Part shown: positions 60,991-64,000 of the stretch, in pieces
Numbering within the stretch: position 1 is the stretch's first letter
Layout: each line of letters begins with the position of its first letter
Position numbers and translations under genes: made by a program
Assembly: GCA_030390025.1 (NCBI GenBank)
Contig: CM059425.1
Span: 174,036,001 to 174,100,000 of the forward strand
Source: Squalus acanthias
Lineage: Eukaryota
Reading direction: 5' to 3'
DNA length: 64,000 bases
Notes under the pieces: model-generated
What the model was told of the DNA's origin: nothing
What the model saw: only the letters and a program-made list of their open reading frames with translations
Database searches by the model: none

Positions 60991-61991
60991 AGACAGGAGC
61001 AAAATGATGACAACTGAACTACAGCTGACACCTGAACTTTGCAGATAGCGGAGGCCTCCCCTCCCTCCAATCTGGGCCCTATACATTTACATTCCACCCC
61101 CACCCCCTCACTGGCATTTATTTCCATCTGGGTCTATTAAAAGTGGCAATATTCTTACTGCTCCTCCAAAATTGTCAAACCCTTTCTGGGGTATAGCACC
61201 TGGTGCACTCCTATTCCATTGGCTATTATTAACAAGTGAGAGTAAATGGATTGTTCAAACTCAGGAACCAGGCTCTGTCCTCACCTGATATCCACATGTG
61301 TGTTTTCAGAAGGAACACTGGATAAGCAATCAAGAATGGGAACCATAGGCCACCATGTTGGCTGAGATCAGTTAACTCAACACAGACTAGGGATTGAACC
61401 TGGCATTGTACTGGTCTGTATGGCTCAGCTAGTCACTGGATACATTCACTAAGCCTTCAGAGGAGCATCAAGAACTGTTTATGCCATCTGAAGCTACTTT
61501 TATATTGGGCCAAAAAATGCTGTCAAAATAACGCAAGACTGATAGCACTCGCCATTATTTAAATGCAAATGCCACAGCTACTTCAGGCAAGGCCAGATCT
61601 GCTTTTAAAGGCGGAACTCAAGAAGTTGCTGTTGGAGAGGTGCTACTCTACCATTAGCTTTGCGAAAACAGCATCTCGCTGCCTGGCTCCCCATTCAAAT
61701 GCATTGAGCAGTGCGATGTTCCTGTAACTTGCACTGTAGACATGAAGTGAACTCGCCACAGAAAGTTAAGTCGTCATTTCAAGTCCAAGTACCCTGTTAA
61801 CGAAATGATAAGTGTTAATTACTGCCCGTCAACCTCTATGGCCCTGTAAATTAACTATTACAAGTGTGGAATCTTATTCCTTCATGTTTTAATTGTTGGA
61901 GATTTTTTTTTTAATTTAATTAATTTTTTTAACTTTTTCTTTATGTCTCTTTTTTTTCTCTCTCTTAATCCAATATTTATTTCCCTCTCTT

Positions 61992-63350
61992 TGGCTGAAA
62001 TTTTCCGGGGTGTCAGCGGGCGGGATTGGTGGCAGTTGGGTGGGAAATTTGATATTTTTGACAGCACTTTGCGAAAACGGCATCTTGCTGCCTGGCTCCC
62101 CATTCACATGCATTGAGCGGTGAGCAGACCCGACAGGCGGCGGGTGACCCAATTCAGGTAATTAGTGGCTTGTTTAGAGCCACTTGAGAATGATTTTCAG
62201 CTTACCTTTTGCATTTGACAGCTCGCCCATGGGGTCCACGCTGGTCGTGGACCACGTCTGTCAAGCTGAGGTGGGAGTTCAGTGGCCATTGAATCAGCTG
62301 TTGAGTTGACAGCTTCAAATGTAAAGTAAAAGCTCCCACCTTACTGAGATATCTCCCCTCAGCCACAAGCTGTTCCTCACTGCATTTCAACAACAGATTC
62401 ACCATGCTGCAAGTCTCCATCCAGTCTGACCCCTCTCACCATTGACAGATCACTTCTGTCATCTCTACTTCACCTGCCATCTATTCCATCTGCATGGGTA
62501 TGGTTTATACTCTCTCACCTTGGTCCTCAGAACCTCACCACAATCAGCCCCAACATCAGCAGCACCAGGCACACCAGCAGCACCAACAACAACACCAACC
62601 TTCTCCGCAGTCAACTGATGCTGCACAGGACAGAGCGTATCAGCACCCGACCACATTGCTGCCCGGGAAGCCAGGGATGGCCTCACCATGGCTAGATTTA
62701 CTTCACTTGATGCTGTACACTCTGGCTACCACATGATGTGCCAGGTTGGCACCACCCCACACCAACACCATAAAGCATCCCTTCAATGCCCAAGCCATCC
62801 CTTTCACACTCATCACCTTTGCGGGGGGTACCGTTATGTCTCACCATTCACTGCAACTCACTAAGCCACTTCCAAAGGTGCACACAAATCTGTCTAAGAA
62901 CGCAAAGTGTTGAAAATAAAGGTTTCAATGTTTGACACCACATTAACAGAAACTTTACATGAACATTGCATAAAACATCAAAGTGCCTACCCTTGTGTGT
63001 TGTTAGTTGGTATGATTGCACCAGGATGAGGGTGAGTGTGAGGGGTGGCTAGTGAAATGGGAATGTTATAATATAGATAGAGAGGGATGAGTGGAGGTGC
63101 AAGGTAAGTTGGTGTGAGTAAGGATGTGCAGGAGTAGGGTAGGGAAGGCAGAGTGATGGGGATGTGATGAGAGGCACAGCAGGATGAGGTTGAGTGTGGC
63201 TTTGTACTAACGTTTTGTGATCTATTGAGATAATTGAAACATTTGCGGCACTGCATCCAGGTCCTCCTGACCACATCCTTGCTTGTGCCCTCCTCTGCAA
63301 TGTGCAACCAAGCTGTGTTGATCTCCTGGTGTAATGGAATAAGCCATATT
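61992..63350 (+). mobile_element. Internally deleted Harbinger related to the 4150-8356 copy
   Basis: Poly-Q transposase N-terminus joined directly to the C-terminal REARDGLTMARF; retains Myb exon-1 remnant (VRRTWMQCRKCFN) and its intron on -. Confidence 0.7.
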
Positions 63351-64000
63351 CCAAGAAATACATCATCCTATGAACAGATTTTGATAATATTAATACATGA
63401 CATACTGAGTTTAAAAGTCTGGAAAGCCTCGGCGACACAGGCTGCAAACACAATACAGGCTTCTGAGATAAGATGAAGTGTTAACAAAAGCTGTAAAACA
63501 CCACAAGCTTTGAAATGGGAGATGGTTGTAAACACAAAAACAATGCCCCTATTGAAGCAAACCATTGGCGCTTCCAGAAGGTCTGGAGTTTGGGAGAAAC
63601 ACAATGGAATGACCCAAGTAAAGTGTTATAAGCTAACACTCAGGGAAACAAAAACTTAGAACATTAAACAACCATATGCCTTCATAAAGTAACATCAAAT
63701 AAGACAGGAAACACGATTAAATATAAAACCAATTGAAGTAGCTAGAAAACAAGTAAACACCCTAAGAGAAGTGGTTTTGATTTACATATTGCAAAATGTA
63801 CCTACAGAGAGGCTTTGAAAATATAATATCAATAGATGACACCAAGCAATCACATTGTTTATGTGTTAAACTTGGAACACCACGGAGTCACGATGTCTGG
63901 CTTACAAGCAGTTAAGTGATATTAAGAATTCAATAGAAAGACTTCCTAAGAATAGCATCAAAAGATAAATCTGTAATAACCATTTTATGATAGTTTTTGA

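Noticed and set aside
63350..64000. Possible 3' end of the next syntenic gene (NREP in human)
   Set aside because: No recognisable coding sequence in the window; synteny alone is insufficient

Overview
Vertebrate genomic DNA, almost certainly a cartilaginous fish (shark/ray), inferred from HE1-type V-SINE and SacSINE1-type Deu-SINE copies plus dense CR1/L2 LINEs. Two host genes lie tail-to-tail, matching the human CAMK4-STARD4 arrangement. CAMK4 contributes its last two coding exons (+; 3476-3628 and 14582-15091). STARD4 (-) has its complete five-exon CDS here (54652 to 38280; 624 nt, 207 aa), which the ORF track misses because the exons are short, and a candidate CpG-rich promoter at about 58.6-59.2 kb. 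Most of the rest is nested transposons: three large PIF/Harbinger copies (DDE transposase plus an antisense Myb/SANT gene, intron-containing in the complete copy), several Harbinger MITEs with 3-bp TSDs, a near full-length CR1 with a tandem TATA-bearing 5' monomer array, and Penelope-like elements (PLEs). The most notable observations are three minimal hammerhead ribozyme motifs in two PLE insertions, two of them in a perfect 172-bp-arm palindrome; a second perfect 189-bp-arm inverted duplication at a CR1 5' junction; a 28-bp PLE tail dropped into the STARD4 promoter region; a 19-bp minisatellite beside that promoter; and a pentapeptide-repeat expansion in the CaMKIV tail. Family names come from recalled motifs, with no database searches, and boundaries of old repeats are approximate.
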